Both the position numbers and the translations under genes were made by a program. From NCBI GenBank assembly GCA_963737905.1, contig CAVTUQ010000006.1, positions 1 to 18,291 of the forward strand: a stretch of 18,291 nt of DNA. Direction: 5' to 3'. The stretch is from an uncultured delta proteobacterium (GTDB taxonomy: Bacteria; Desulfobacterota; Binatia; UBA9968). A model generated the notes under the pieces. The model saw only the letters and a list, made by a program, of their open reading frames with translations, had not been told where the DNA came from and searched no databases. Position 1 is the stretch's first letter; the number at the start of each line of letters is the position of its first letter. Shown one piece after another: positions 7,920 to 15,310 of this stretch.

Positions 7920-9353
7920 ATGACCCGTAGGACTAACCGGTTTTGTCCTTGGCAAACGTACTGCAGCCGGATCCTATTGGTCTTGCTGTTGGTGAGTGGC
8001 TGCAGCTCCAGCGCTCGGGTTGTGCGAGACCTTATTCCTTCCACCAGTCCGCCTAGCGAAGATGAAGATACTAAAATCAGCCGGGAATTCCGCCGTGAAA
8101 TAAGAAAGTATGTAAAATTCGTCAATGATCCTGAAGTTGAAAGGTACGTTGACGGCGTGGGACGCAGAGTTCTTTCTGCCTTGGGGCCTCAGCCCTTCGA
8201 TTACCGTTATTTCGTGATTGATGAGCCTGTTCTGAACGCTTTCGCGGTTCCCGGGGGATCGATTTATATATACTCGGGCCTTCTAGATCGTGTGCGAAGC
8301 ACAGACGAATTAGCCGCAGTCATGGCTCACGAAACCACACATGTGGCAAAGAGACATATGGCTCGCATGGCCGGGATTGACCCGATCAGTGTTCTGGGTC
8401 TCTTGGCCGCTATGCTTGCCGCCCGCAGCAGCGGGTCCGGCGCCCAAGCTGCCGCGGTTCTCGGCCAAGGCATAGCAGCGGCGCGCCAAATTGCCTTTAC
8501 GCGGCAACTGGAAATGGAAGCGGACACCCTAGGACTCAAGTACATGACAGAGGCCGGCTACGATCCGCATGCCATGTTGAGCTTCCAAAAACTCATGCTT
8601 CAGGAGCAAACTTTAAATCCGATCAATGTTCCTGCCTACCTGCTAGACCATCCTTTGACCCAAGATCGAGTAGCTAATATCGAACTATTAATGCGTTCGA
8701 CAAAATCGAACGAGCTGGCGGCGACTCGCGCAGATCCGATCAAAAAGATCCAAACCCTGATCCGACTCGAGAAACAAGAGGCGGACAGTGTCATCGCCGA
8801 GCAAAAAAAAGTGCTTAGCCAAGCTCCTAAAAACAGCGAGGCCTATCAACTCCTGGGAATTGCTTTTTTTTCTAAAGGGATGGGGCAAGAAGCCCGTAAG
8901 AACCTCGAGGAAGCGCTCGCTCTCAATCCCAAAAGTCCGGGGATTCACCGGGATCTCGGTCGAGTTTATACTCAAACCGACGACTATGGGTTGGCTCACG
9001 CCGCCTTTGATCGAGCCTTGGCACTGGAACCACAGGAGCCGCTGACGTATCTCTATCTCGGGGAGCTTTATGAGAAGGAAGGTGATCTCCGTAGCGCAGC
9101 AGGCGCGTACTTGAATGCCAACAATCTCGCTCCCTTTTGGGACAAGCCGCCGTATCGTTTGAGCATCGTCTATGGGAAACTAGACCGGCTCGGGGACGCC
9201 TACTACTATCACGGCCGCTCGTTGCTACTCCAGGACGATGACCAGAGAGCGCTCGCTGACTTTGAAAAGGCAGTCAAGATTTTTGGGGAGAAGTCACCAC
9301 GCGGTCAGCTAATCAAAGAAGAGTTAGTAGTTCTCCAAGCCAGAAGACGCTAA
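7920..9353 (+). CDS. M48 zinc metallopeptidase with C-terminal TPR repeats (BepA/YfgC-like lipoprotein)
   Basis: Lipobox LVSG-C, NAFAVPGG, HETTH (HExxH), EMEAD, LDHP, and TPR-like helices in the C-terminal half. Confidence 0.92.
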   Translation: MTRRTNRFCPWQTYCSRILLVLLLVSGCSSSARVVRDLIPSTSPPSEDEDTKISREFRREIRKYVKFVNDPEVERYVDGVGRRVLSALGPQPFDYRYFVIDEPVLNAFAVPGGSIYIYSGLLDRVRSTDELAAVMAHETTHVAKRHMARMAGIDPISVLGLLAAMLAARSSGSGAQAAAVLGQGIAAARQIAFTRQLEMEADTLGLKYMTEAGYDPHAMLSFQKLMLQEQTLNPINVPAYLLDHPLTQDRVANIELLMRSTKSNELAATRADPIKKIQTLIRLEKQEADSVIAEQKKVLSQAPKNSEAYQLLGIAFFSKGMGQEARKNLEEALALNPKSPGIHRDLGRVYTQTDDYGLAHAAFDRALALEPQEPLTYLYLGELYEKEGDLRSAAGAYLNANNLAPFWDKPPYRLSIVYGKLDRLGDAYYYHGRSLLLQDDDQRALADFEKAVKIFGEKSPRGQLIKEELVVLQARRR

Positions 9354-9355
9354 TC

Positions 9356-9730
9356 CTATTCCTGCTCACTTAGGGCGGCGAAAGAATAGACCCTGCTGCT
9401 GACGGGCTTGACGTACTGATTCTCCCGCTTCAGTAACACTCCACGGAGATAGTCGGGATCAAATCCCAAGAAATCACAGATGTTAGTAAACGAAAAAAGC
9501 CACTCTGTGCTTTTATCCTGCACCCATTCGAGCGCATTTTCATAATGGCCGCGACCCGTGCTGTTGCGGGCGACTCTATACTTATCGAGGCACTCCACGG
9601 CGTCCTTTAGAATCGCTATCATGAGTCTCTTTTCCCCCTCCAACTGACGCGATAGTCCGCCCGTGCCATAAAACTGTGAAGGCAGAAAGATGTCCGGCTC
9701 AAGAATCCTCGCTAAGAAATCATCATACAT
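9356..9730 (-). CDS. Conserved hypothetical protein, 124 aa (EKRLMxAxLxDA...W...FSFxNICxxLGxDPxYLR family)
   Basis: Open frame with ATG at 9730, AGGAG RBS and its own sigma70-like promoter. I recognise the motif pattern from multi-copy hypothetical proteins. Confidence 0.8.
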   Translation of the reverse strand: MYDDFLARILEPDIFLPSQFYGTGGLSRQLEGEKRLMIAILKDAVECLDKYRVARNSTGRGHYENALEWVQDKSTEWLFSFTNICDFLGFDPDYLRGVLLKRENQYVKPVSSRVYSFAALSEQE

Positions 9731-9764
9731 ATAAAGAGTTACTCCTGGATTAGTTGAACCGCAT

Positions 9765-9793
9765 TGTATACCACAGCGACTACCTCCGGGCAA
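9765..9793 (-). promoter_or_regulatory. Sigma70-type promoter with extended -10 for the 124-aa hypothetical gene
   Basis: Minus strand TTGCCC (9793-9788), 17-nt spacer ending in TGG, then TATACA (9770-9765). Confidence 0.5.
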
Positions 9794-9808
9794 CACAAAA
9801 TAACAATC

Positions 9809-9842
9809 AAAAAATAGCCTCCCGGGGAGCTCAACCTGGCTA
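9809..9842 (-). terminator. Possible intrinsic terminator downstream of the aldolase gene
   Basis: Minus strand TAGCC...GGCTA stem followed by TTTTTT. The stem is short and the loop large. Confidence 0.3.
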
Positions 9843-9924
9843 AAGGCGACTCAAGATATAGGCCCATTGCCTTCGATCCGGAGGGCTCGCCCCTTGATCG
9901 TTGCTTGCCAGCGAATAGTCCGCG

Positions 9925-10638
9925 TTAGCTGATCCCTCCCATCAACCCTGCCAACTTTGTTTTCGCGACATTGTGGTCCCAGATTTTTTGTACGACTGAA
10001 TCCCTGCGCCTGGCCTGCATCACGCGCCGGGTCTCGTCTTCGTTGTAGACGCGCACCGCACCTAGCAAAGAGGCTTTGTAGAATCGTGAAGCGGCCTCTT
10101 CCAGGTCTACGCAGGCGGCGAAAACCCACTCAATGGCTTGGCCTACAACCATGGAGCCGTGACCTCGCAGCATGACTGCATCGCGGCTTCCCAGAGCACC
10201 AGCAACCGCATCCCCTTGCTCAATGGTTTGAATCAAGGCTGGATCCATGTAGACCGGCATCGGACCAGGTCCGAAGAAAGCCCCGGGATTGGACGAGGCT
10301 GGAACAAAAGGCCTGTCCACCATGGTTAAAACCGCCACCATGTGATTGTGGAGATGGGCAACGCTCTGAACATCGTTGCGTGCCTTATAAGCGCGAGCGT
10401 GCATATAAACTTCCGACGGCGCTTTGTATTTTCCTTCGATAACCTTTCCCTCAAAGTCGGTGACGACCATGTCGTCGGCTACGACCGTTGCACGGCTGAC
10501 CGGATGGGGAAGTATCAAAAGGTGGTCCGAGCCGGGAATCCGCGCGCTAATATGGCCGCTGTAATCCACCAGCCCCGAATTGAAAAGCATGCGCGATGAC
10601 ATCGCCAAATTCTTCTTAAGATCATTGATTGCTGACAC
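9925..10638 (-). CDS. Class II aldolase/adducin family protein, ~237 aa
   Basis: SGHISAR, PSEVYMH, VAHLH and MLRGHG metal-binding motifs. GTG at 10638 with GGGAG RBS. Confidence 0.9.
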   Translation of the reverse strand: MSAINDLKKNLAMSSRMLFNSGLVDYSGHISARIPGSDHLLILPHPVSRATVVADDMVVTDFEGKVIEGKYKAPSEVYMHARAYKARNDVQSVAHLHNHMVAVLTMVDRPFVPASSNPGAFFGPGPMPVYMDPALIQTIEQGDAVAGALGSRDAVMLRGHGSMVVGQAIEWVFAACVDLEEAASRFYKASLLGAVRVYNEDETRRVMQARRRDSVVQKIWDHNVAKTKLAGLMGGIS

Positions 10639-10846
10639 GGTTAATCTCCCTTCGTTGCTATTTTTTCGAACGAATTCGAGCATCATACACGCGGACTCCA
10701 ATCAGTCGCAACCGCTGCGTCATCGGCCGTTGACTCGTTACGCAGAGAGACGTTTTATTTCGTACAACCAAGAAGGCTCTGAAGAGGTTTGCGGGCTGGT
10801 CAAAAAGCTGGAAGAAAGGGTTGGCAACGTCCAGGAAGCCGGAACA

Positions 10847-11044
10847 TCAGCCAACGGACAGAGATAAGCGTCGCCGTCGCAACGGTGAGTGCGGCAAAGA
10901 CGAATGCAATGGATCGAGCGATTCAATGGCAAGTCCCAGCTGCCACGCCTCGGCGGCGCATGCCCCACATACTTTCATATCAAGAATATCGCTATAGGCC
11001 CGGTATCGGGCGGCTTCCGCCTTTACGCATCGTTCGCACTTCAT
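10847..11044 (-). CDS. Small Cys-rich putative zinc-finger protein, 65 aa (CxxC-x19-CxxC)
   Basis: MKCERCVKAEAARYRAYSDILDMKVCGACAAEAWQLGL. ATG at 11044 with GAGG RBS, 11 nt after the stop of the upstream ORF. Confidence 0.7.
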   Translation of the reverse strand: MKCERCVKAEAARYRAYSDILDMKVCGACAAEAWQLGLAIESLDPLHSSLPHSPLRRRRLSLSVG

Positions 11045-11055
11045 AATTGCTCGCC

Positions 11056-11274
11056 TCATCTCCCTGGGGCCCATTGATGCGATTCCCAATCATGATCGAC
11101 CTTCCGCAAGCCAAAGTTATTGGACAGAAACATTTTGCTGATCTTGAAAGCGTTCAGACCGTACTGAACTACCGTTGAGAAAAGCGCCTGCTCAACCCCC
11201 TGAACCGTCATGCGAACCAAAAGGTCAGTTCCAATAAGAAGTACACTTGCCAAGAATGGAATCTCGATTTTCAT
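11056..11274 (-). CDS. Small hypothetical protein, 72 aa, with hydrophobic N-terminus
   Basis: First ORF downstream of a consensus sigma54 promoter, GGTGA RBS-like sequence, closely spaced to the zinc-finger ORF. No family recognised. Confidence 0.5.
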   Translation of the reverse strand: MKIEIPFLASVLLIGTDLLVRMTVQGVEQALFSTVVQYGLNAFKISKMFLSNNFGLRKVDHDWESHQWAPGR

Positions 11275-11315
11275 AATGACTCACCGCAACTTCTTTCCCC
11301 TCAAATGTAGTCATG

Positions 11316-11330
11316 GCAAAGTGTGTGCCA
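11316..11330 (-). promoter_or_regulatory. Sigma54 (RpoN) -24/-12 promoter
   Basis: Minus strand TGGCACACACTTTGC, an exact TGGCAC-N5-TTGC match with GG-N10-GC spacing, ~40 nt upstream of the ATG at 11274. Confidence 0.8.
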
Positions 11331-11410
11331 AGCTCAGCGGATGCTGGACAGTCGGAGAAATGCCGAGAAACAAGAAATTTTCATCCTCCGCTTACTGCTT
11401 GGTTCAAGCT

Positions 11411-11458
11411 GTGACGAAGGAAAAGTGCCGAGTTATCGTCACAAGCCGAAATTCTGGC
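11411..11458. promoter_or_regulatory. Putative upstream activator (enhancer-binding protein) module, copy 1
   Basis: GTGACGAAGGAAAAGTGCCGAGTTATCGTCACAAGCCGAAATTCTGGC, with 35/48 ungapped identity to 16215-16262. Starts 81 bp upstream of the sigma54 element. Confidence 0.65.
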
Positions 11459-11676
11459 TTAGTGCGAACAGAGCAGACCTAAACTTTCATGGCGATCAAA
11501 AAGATACGGATGCGTGCACAAAGTCGTACTGACAGACGGAAGGAAAACAGGTTGAGATATTAAACGGTAAAATTCCGCGCCAAAGAGTTAGTTGGATGTG
11601 AGGGAGGGACTCAGCCGAAACGAAAAAACAACCGGTACTTCCGTTTTTGACACCGCCAGCCGGCGGGCGGGATTTC

Positions 11677-12741
11677 CTACCACCGGCGCGTTTCCCCGAC
11701 TTTGAGAATCCAGGCGCGCTCGGAACCGATGCCCCGGCGGCGGACCTCGGCAAGCATGCGCCTGGGTGGCTCGTCCAGCGGGTCTTCCGCCAGATCAAAA
11801 GTACCCCAGTGAATGCCGAGCAGCGTGCGCGCATTGAGATCGATGAAGGCCTGGACGGCTTCCTCCGGGGTGACGTGTACGGCTTTCATAATCTCAGGCG
11901 GCAAGTAGGCGCCGATGGGGATGGCCGCCAGGTCGAATGGGCCAAGCCGTTTGCCGGCCTCCGTGAAGCCCGTGAAGTAGCCAGTGTCACCACTGAAGTA
12001 GAGCCGCCGTTCTCGACCCAGTATGGCCCACGACGCCCAGAGCCGTGTGTTGCCGTCCCATAGTGTTCGCTGGGAGAAGTGCTGCGCCGGCAAACAAACG
12101 AACCTCACACCGCGGTATTCGCGCTCCTGCCACCAGTCCAACTCCTCGACCCGGCTCATCCCGTTGTCGCCGAACCAAGCCTTTAGGCCCAATGGCACGA
12201 GGAAGAGCGGATTGTGTGTCTCGGCAAGCTGTTTGACCGTGCCTAAATCCAGGTGATCGTAGTGGTCGTGAGATATTACCACAACGTCAATTCGTGGCAG
12301 AGCGTCAAACGCCAGCCCGGGCGGGCTCAGGCGAAGCGGTCCGGCCCAAGAGACCGGGCTCGCCCGCTCCCCCCAATTCGGGTCGGTCAGCAGATTGAGA
12401 CCATCCAGTTGCACGAGAAGAGTTGAGTGACCGACCCAGGTGATACTTGGGTTAACCAGGCCCGCTCGAAGCGCGGTGCCTTCATTGGCGACGCGCGGTG
12501 CATCGAAGGTGCGCGGCGCGATGGAACTCGTCCAGAGGCGGCGGACGACAAAGCTCCAACGGGTCCAGCTCGAGGGCCGGCGAAAATCCGAATCGGGGTT
12601 GCGAAACCCGCCTTCGACATGATGCGATGGACGCCCGGGTAGCGGCTCCGTCCCCACGCTGCTACAAGCGACAAGCAGGAACAACAAGACCCGCGGTGCC
12701 GTGGATCGGAGGCTCGAAAACCGATTCAAGAGGTCTCTCAT
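11677..12741 (-). CDS. Metallo-beta-lactamase-fold hydrolase, NAPE-PLD/RomA-like, predicted lipoprotein
   Basis: Lipobox LVA-C, WVGHST, LLTDP, ISHDHYDHLD, PAQHFS, YFSGDTGY, PIGAY and IHWGTF motifs. Confidence 0.92.
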   Translation of the reverse strand: MRDLLNRFSSLRSTAPRVLLFLLVACSSVGTEPLPGRPSHHVEGGFRNPDSDFRRPSSWTRWSFVVRRLWTSSIAPRTFDAPRVANEGTALRAGLVNPSITWVGHSTLLVQLDGLNLLTDPNWGERASPVSWAGPLRLSPPGLAFDALPRIDVVVISHDHYDHLDLGTVKQLAETHNPLFLVPLGLKAWFGDNGMSRVEELDWWQEREYRGVRFVCLPAQHFSQRTLWDGNTRLWASWAILGRERRLYFSGDTGYFTGFTEAGKRLGPFDLAAIPIGAYLPPEIMKAVHVTPEEAVQAFIDLNARTLLGIHWGTFDLAEDPLDEPPRRMLAEVRRRGIGSERAWILKVGETRRW

Positions 12742-12756
12742 CGCTGGGCGTTTTGA

Positions 12757-14370
12757 TTATCCCGGCACGTCGGATGTGTGAGCGTAAACGTAATGCGAAA
12801 TCGCCGGCGGCCTCCGGTCGATATGAAAGGCCCGGGCTCGCTCTTCGACGATGCGATCGCTCACCGTCGCACGCTCGCATAGGCGCAAGTGTTCAGCCCA
12901 AGACTCGACGACGAAAGTTTCGAGATAGCGACTCGGGTCAGCCGGATCGCGATACAAACTCGAACGGAACGCCCCGTCGCGCAGACGTTGCTCCCGTACA
13001 GCTTGCATGGCCAGAGTGAAATCCTGTGCTCGCTCCGGACGGATTCGGTACTCGACCATGACGAGCACCGGGCCCTCCCCAGGATCGGGCGCGATTGCCA
13101 AAACCGGCTCAGGCCAGTGACGCGACGGCGTCAAATCCAATTCTTCACTTTTACTGAGCGGAAAGCGCGCCATAGCCGCCAGACTTATCATCATTCCCAC
13201 AGCGGCGCTCAAGAGCGCCACAGTGATTCCTGCGTTCTCCGTTACCACTCCCCACAGGATGCCTCCGGCCGCCATACCGCCCTGAAAGGTTAAGAGATAC
13301 AGCGCCAAAGCCCGCGCTCTGACCCACGACGGCACAACATTCTGGGTCGTTATAATAAAGGACGCCATCAGTGTAAACCATGCAACTCCGCCACCGAACA
13401 GGATGACACACAATAATCCAAAATGGCGCGCTTCGACCAACGCCGCAGTTGCAGCCGCAAATAAGATGGTCCCACTACCAGCGAGCGAATCGGTGGAGAT
13501 CCGACTCCGCAACTTAGGCAGGATAGCCGCTCCTAACACTGCGCCCACGCCCAGGCAACCAAATAGAATTCCGTAATTGATTGAATCTAGACCAAGCTCA
13601 TGACGGGCGAGTACCGGCAACAGGGCCCACAGCGCACTCGCGAACAAAACAAATAGGCCGGTACGAATCAGCACCGCTCGTAGCGCTGGCGCATAGCGGG
13701 CGTAACGAATTCCGGCGCGGATGGCACTGGACAATGGTTCGGTCGATGCCAGACTAACCTTTGTCGTACGACGCCAGTGATAGAGGACTCCTATCACGCT
13801 CAAAAACGATCCGGCGTTTAGCAGAAACACGGCCGATGGTCCCGCCATGGCGATTACCGCGCCCCCAAGCGCCGGGCCGACGGCGCGCGCCAAATTCAAA
13901 CCGATTCCAGTTAGTCCCACCGCAGCCGATAGCTCAGCACGAGACACCAGCTCCGGCGGGGTCGCTTGCCAGGCGGGCGCGTTCATCGCGGCACCCGCGC
14001 CAAGGGCAAACGTAAAAATGAGCAGGACCCAAGGAGTGGTGATCTCGAGGAGCGTCAGAATACCGAGCATGGCTGCTGAGACCAGCATCCATGCTTGCGT
14101 GAAGAGCAGCATTCTGCGGCGATCCACCACATCGGCCAGCGCCCCTGCGGGTAGGCCAAGCAGCAAAACAGGGAGCGTGGTCGCCGTTTGCATGAGCGCC
14201 ACCATAAATGATGACGATGTTAGTGAGGTCATCAGCCATCCGGCTCCGGCTTCGTGCATCCAGGTACCGATGTTTGAAGCGACCGAAGCAATCCAGAGAG
14301 CACGAAAAAGCGGTTGGCGCAAAGGACTCCAGGCCGACTCACTCGGGACTGCCGGCTGTTGCTTTGTCAC
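12757..14370 (-). CDS. MFS transporter (MFS_3/DUF894-like) with a C-terminal soluble domain, ~537 aa
   Basis: AGALADVVDRRR motif A, about 12 hydrophobic segments, and a C-terminal GPVLVMVEYRI...ETFVVESWAEHLR domain. GTG at 14370 is preferred over TTG at 14475, which would overlap a promoter-like element. Confidence 0.9.
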   Translation of the reverse strand: MTKQQPAVPSESAWSPLRQPLFRALWIASVASNIGTWMHEAGAGWLMTSLTSSSFMVALMQTATTLPVLLLGLPAGALADVVDRRRMLLFTQAWMLVSAAMLGILTLLEITTPWVLLIFTFALGAGAAMNAPAWQATPPELVSRAELSAAVGLTGIGLNLARAVGPALGGAVIAMAGPSAVFLLNAGSFLSVIGVLYHWRRTTKVSLASTEPLSSAIRAGIRYARYAPALRAVLIRTGLFVLFASALWALLPVLARHELGLDSINYGILFGCLGVGAVLGAAILPKLRSRISTDSLAGSGTILFAAATAALVEARHFGLLCVILFGGGVAWFTLMASFIITTQNVVPSWVRARALALYLLTFQGGMAAGGILWGVVTENAGITVALLSAAVGMMISLAAMARFPLSKSEELDLTPSRHWPEPVLAIAPDPGEGPVLVMVEYRIRPERAQDFTLAMQAVREQRLRDGAFRSSLYRDPADPSRYLETFVVESWAEHLRLCERATVSDRIVEERARAFHIDRRPPAISHYVYAHTSDVPG

Positions 14371-14432
14371 TACTCTTGAAAGTGTTTGCTGCAAGGCGAT
14401 ACTCAAGGCGGGCAGAAGTTTTCTGGCAAATG

Positions 14433-14448
14433 GCGAAGTGCCGTGCCA
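14433..14448 (-). promoter_or_regulatory. Imperfect sigma54 -24/-12 element upstream of the MFS-MBL pair
   Basis: TGGCACGGCACTTCGC: perfect -24 box but one base too many before GC. Degenerate module matches lie at 14529 (ATGAC) and 14544 (TGACGA-N4-AAGGCA). Confidence 0.4.
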
Positions 14449-14675
14449 TATTTGCAGAATTTTCCGAAAGGCCAAAACGGTTGGAATCTCGGAAGGTTAG
14501 AACCGAACCGTTATGGGAAGAGAAATTCATGACCGGACGCTCCTGACGATTCAAAGGCAGGGATAGTACTCGGCTTAATTTGAGAATCGAGGAGCGCCGC
14601 TATCGGTTAACTTTTACCGACCGCAAATTCTCGTTAACAGCGAGTCTGTGACGCTCAAGGTATCTTTAAGCCATT

Positions 14676-14897
14676 TCAAGATCTAGCTGGGTCGTGAATT
14701 TCGCCACCACAATCTTCCAGGCGTCATTGCTCTTGCGCAATAGTGTAGGTCTCGCCCAGCAGCCTCAGCGTTGTTTATCTGTTTAGTACCGGACTCTGCC
14801 AACGCTGACGAAGGCGATGGTTTCGCTCATCTGGCTCACTTGGAGATCCAGTCAACTCGCTCCACCCATACCCGCGCGCCTATACGCGGCCGGTCAT
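14676..14897 (-). pseudogene. Decayed NTF2/SnoaL-like gene fragment
   Basis: Stitched translation V*ARGYGWSELT/DLQVSQMSETIAFVSVGRVRY*TDKQ/LRLLGETYT/LRKSNDAWKIVVAKIHDPARS*. In-frame stops at 14880-14882 and 14783-14785 plus about three frameshifts. It ends in the typical NTF2-like WKIV..H strand. Confidence 0.65.
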
Positions 14898-15085
14898 ACG
14901 GCCTACGAGCCTGCTAACAGGTAATTGTGGCGTAACCCAACCCAAGCCTGCGGCGAGATAAACACACATTGAGGCATCACAGTTCGATAGAAGTTGCGGC
15001 TTGAGCGTGTGCAACGCTTGAAATAGTCTAATGTCTGAGGCTCAACGTTTCGCGTTTCTTACAATCTCGCTTTCTCGCAATTTTG

Positions 15086-15259
15086 CTATCGATCGCACGC
15101 TGAGACATCCAGCAGTTGACCGGCTTCAATGCAGCTCAGCCCATACTCTTCCATGATAAGCTTGGCCGCATCCCGCAGGCGATTTTCCCGCAGCGCCTGT
15201 CGTACTTCAGGAGAAATGCTCTGTCCCGTAATAAGCATTGGCACAATTGAGAATTTCAT
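15086..15259 (-). CDS. Small hypothetical helical protein, 57 aa
   Basis: MKFSIVPMLITGQSISPEVRQALRENRLRDAAKLIMEEYGLSCIEAGQLLDVSACDR. ATG at 15259 with AAGGA RBS, directly downstream of the SDR. Confidence 0.65.
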   Translation of the reverse strand: MKFSIVPMLITGQSISPEVRQALRENRLRDAAKLIMEEYGLSCIEAGQLLDVSACDR

Positions 15260-15310
15260 AGAAATACGTCCTTTCTTTACAGTCTCCATTTTTAACGCGC
15301 GCGAGTGACC

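Noticed and set aside
4242-9353. Protease plus ATPase plus TPR genes as an anti-phage defence system
   Set aside because: All three are recognisable housekeeping-type families in alternating orientation, two are exported, and no effector nuclease, STAND NTPase or mobile context is present.
11460-11676. Possible mobile-element end, att site or small RNA in the spacer after the MBL gene
   Set aside because: Only short hairpins. No terminal inverted repeats, target duplication, tRNA fragment or recognisable RNA consensus.
14371-14475. N-terminal extension of the MFS ORF (likewise the longest starts at 2466, 3244, 7804, 9796, 10701, 11089 and 15289)
   Set aside because: The downstream starts have better RBSs, family-typical N-termini, or avoid overlap with neighbouring genes and promoter elements.
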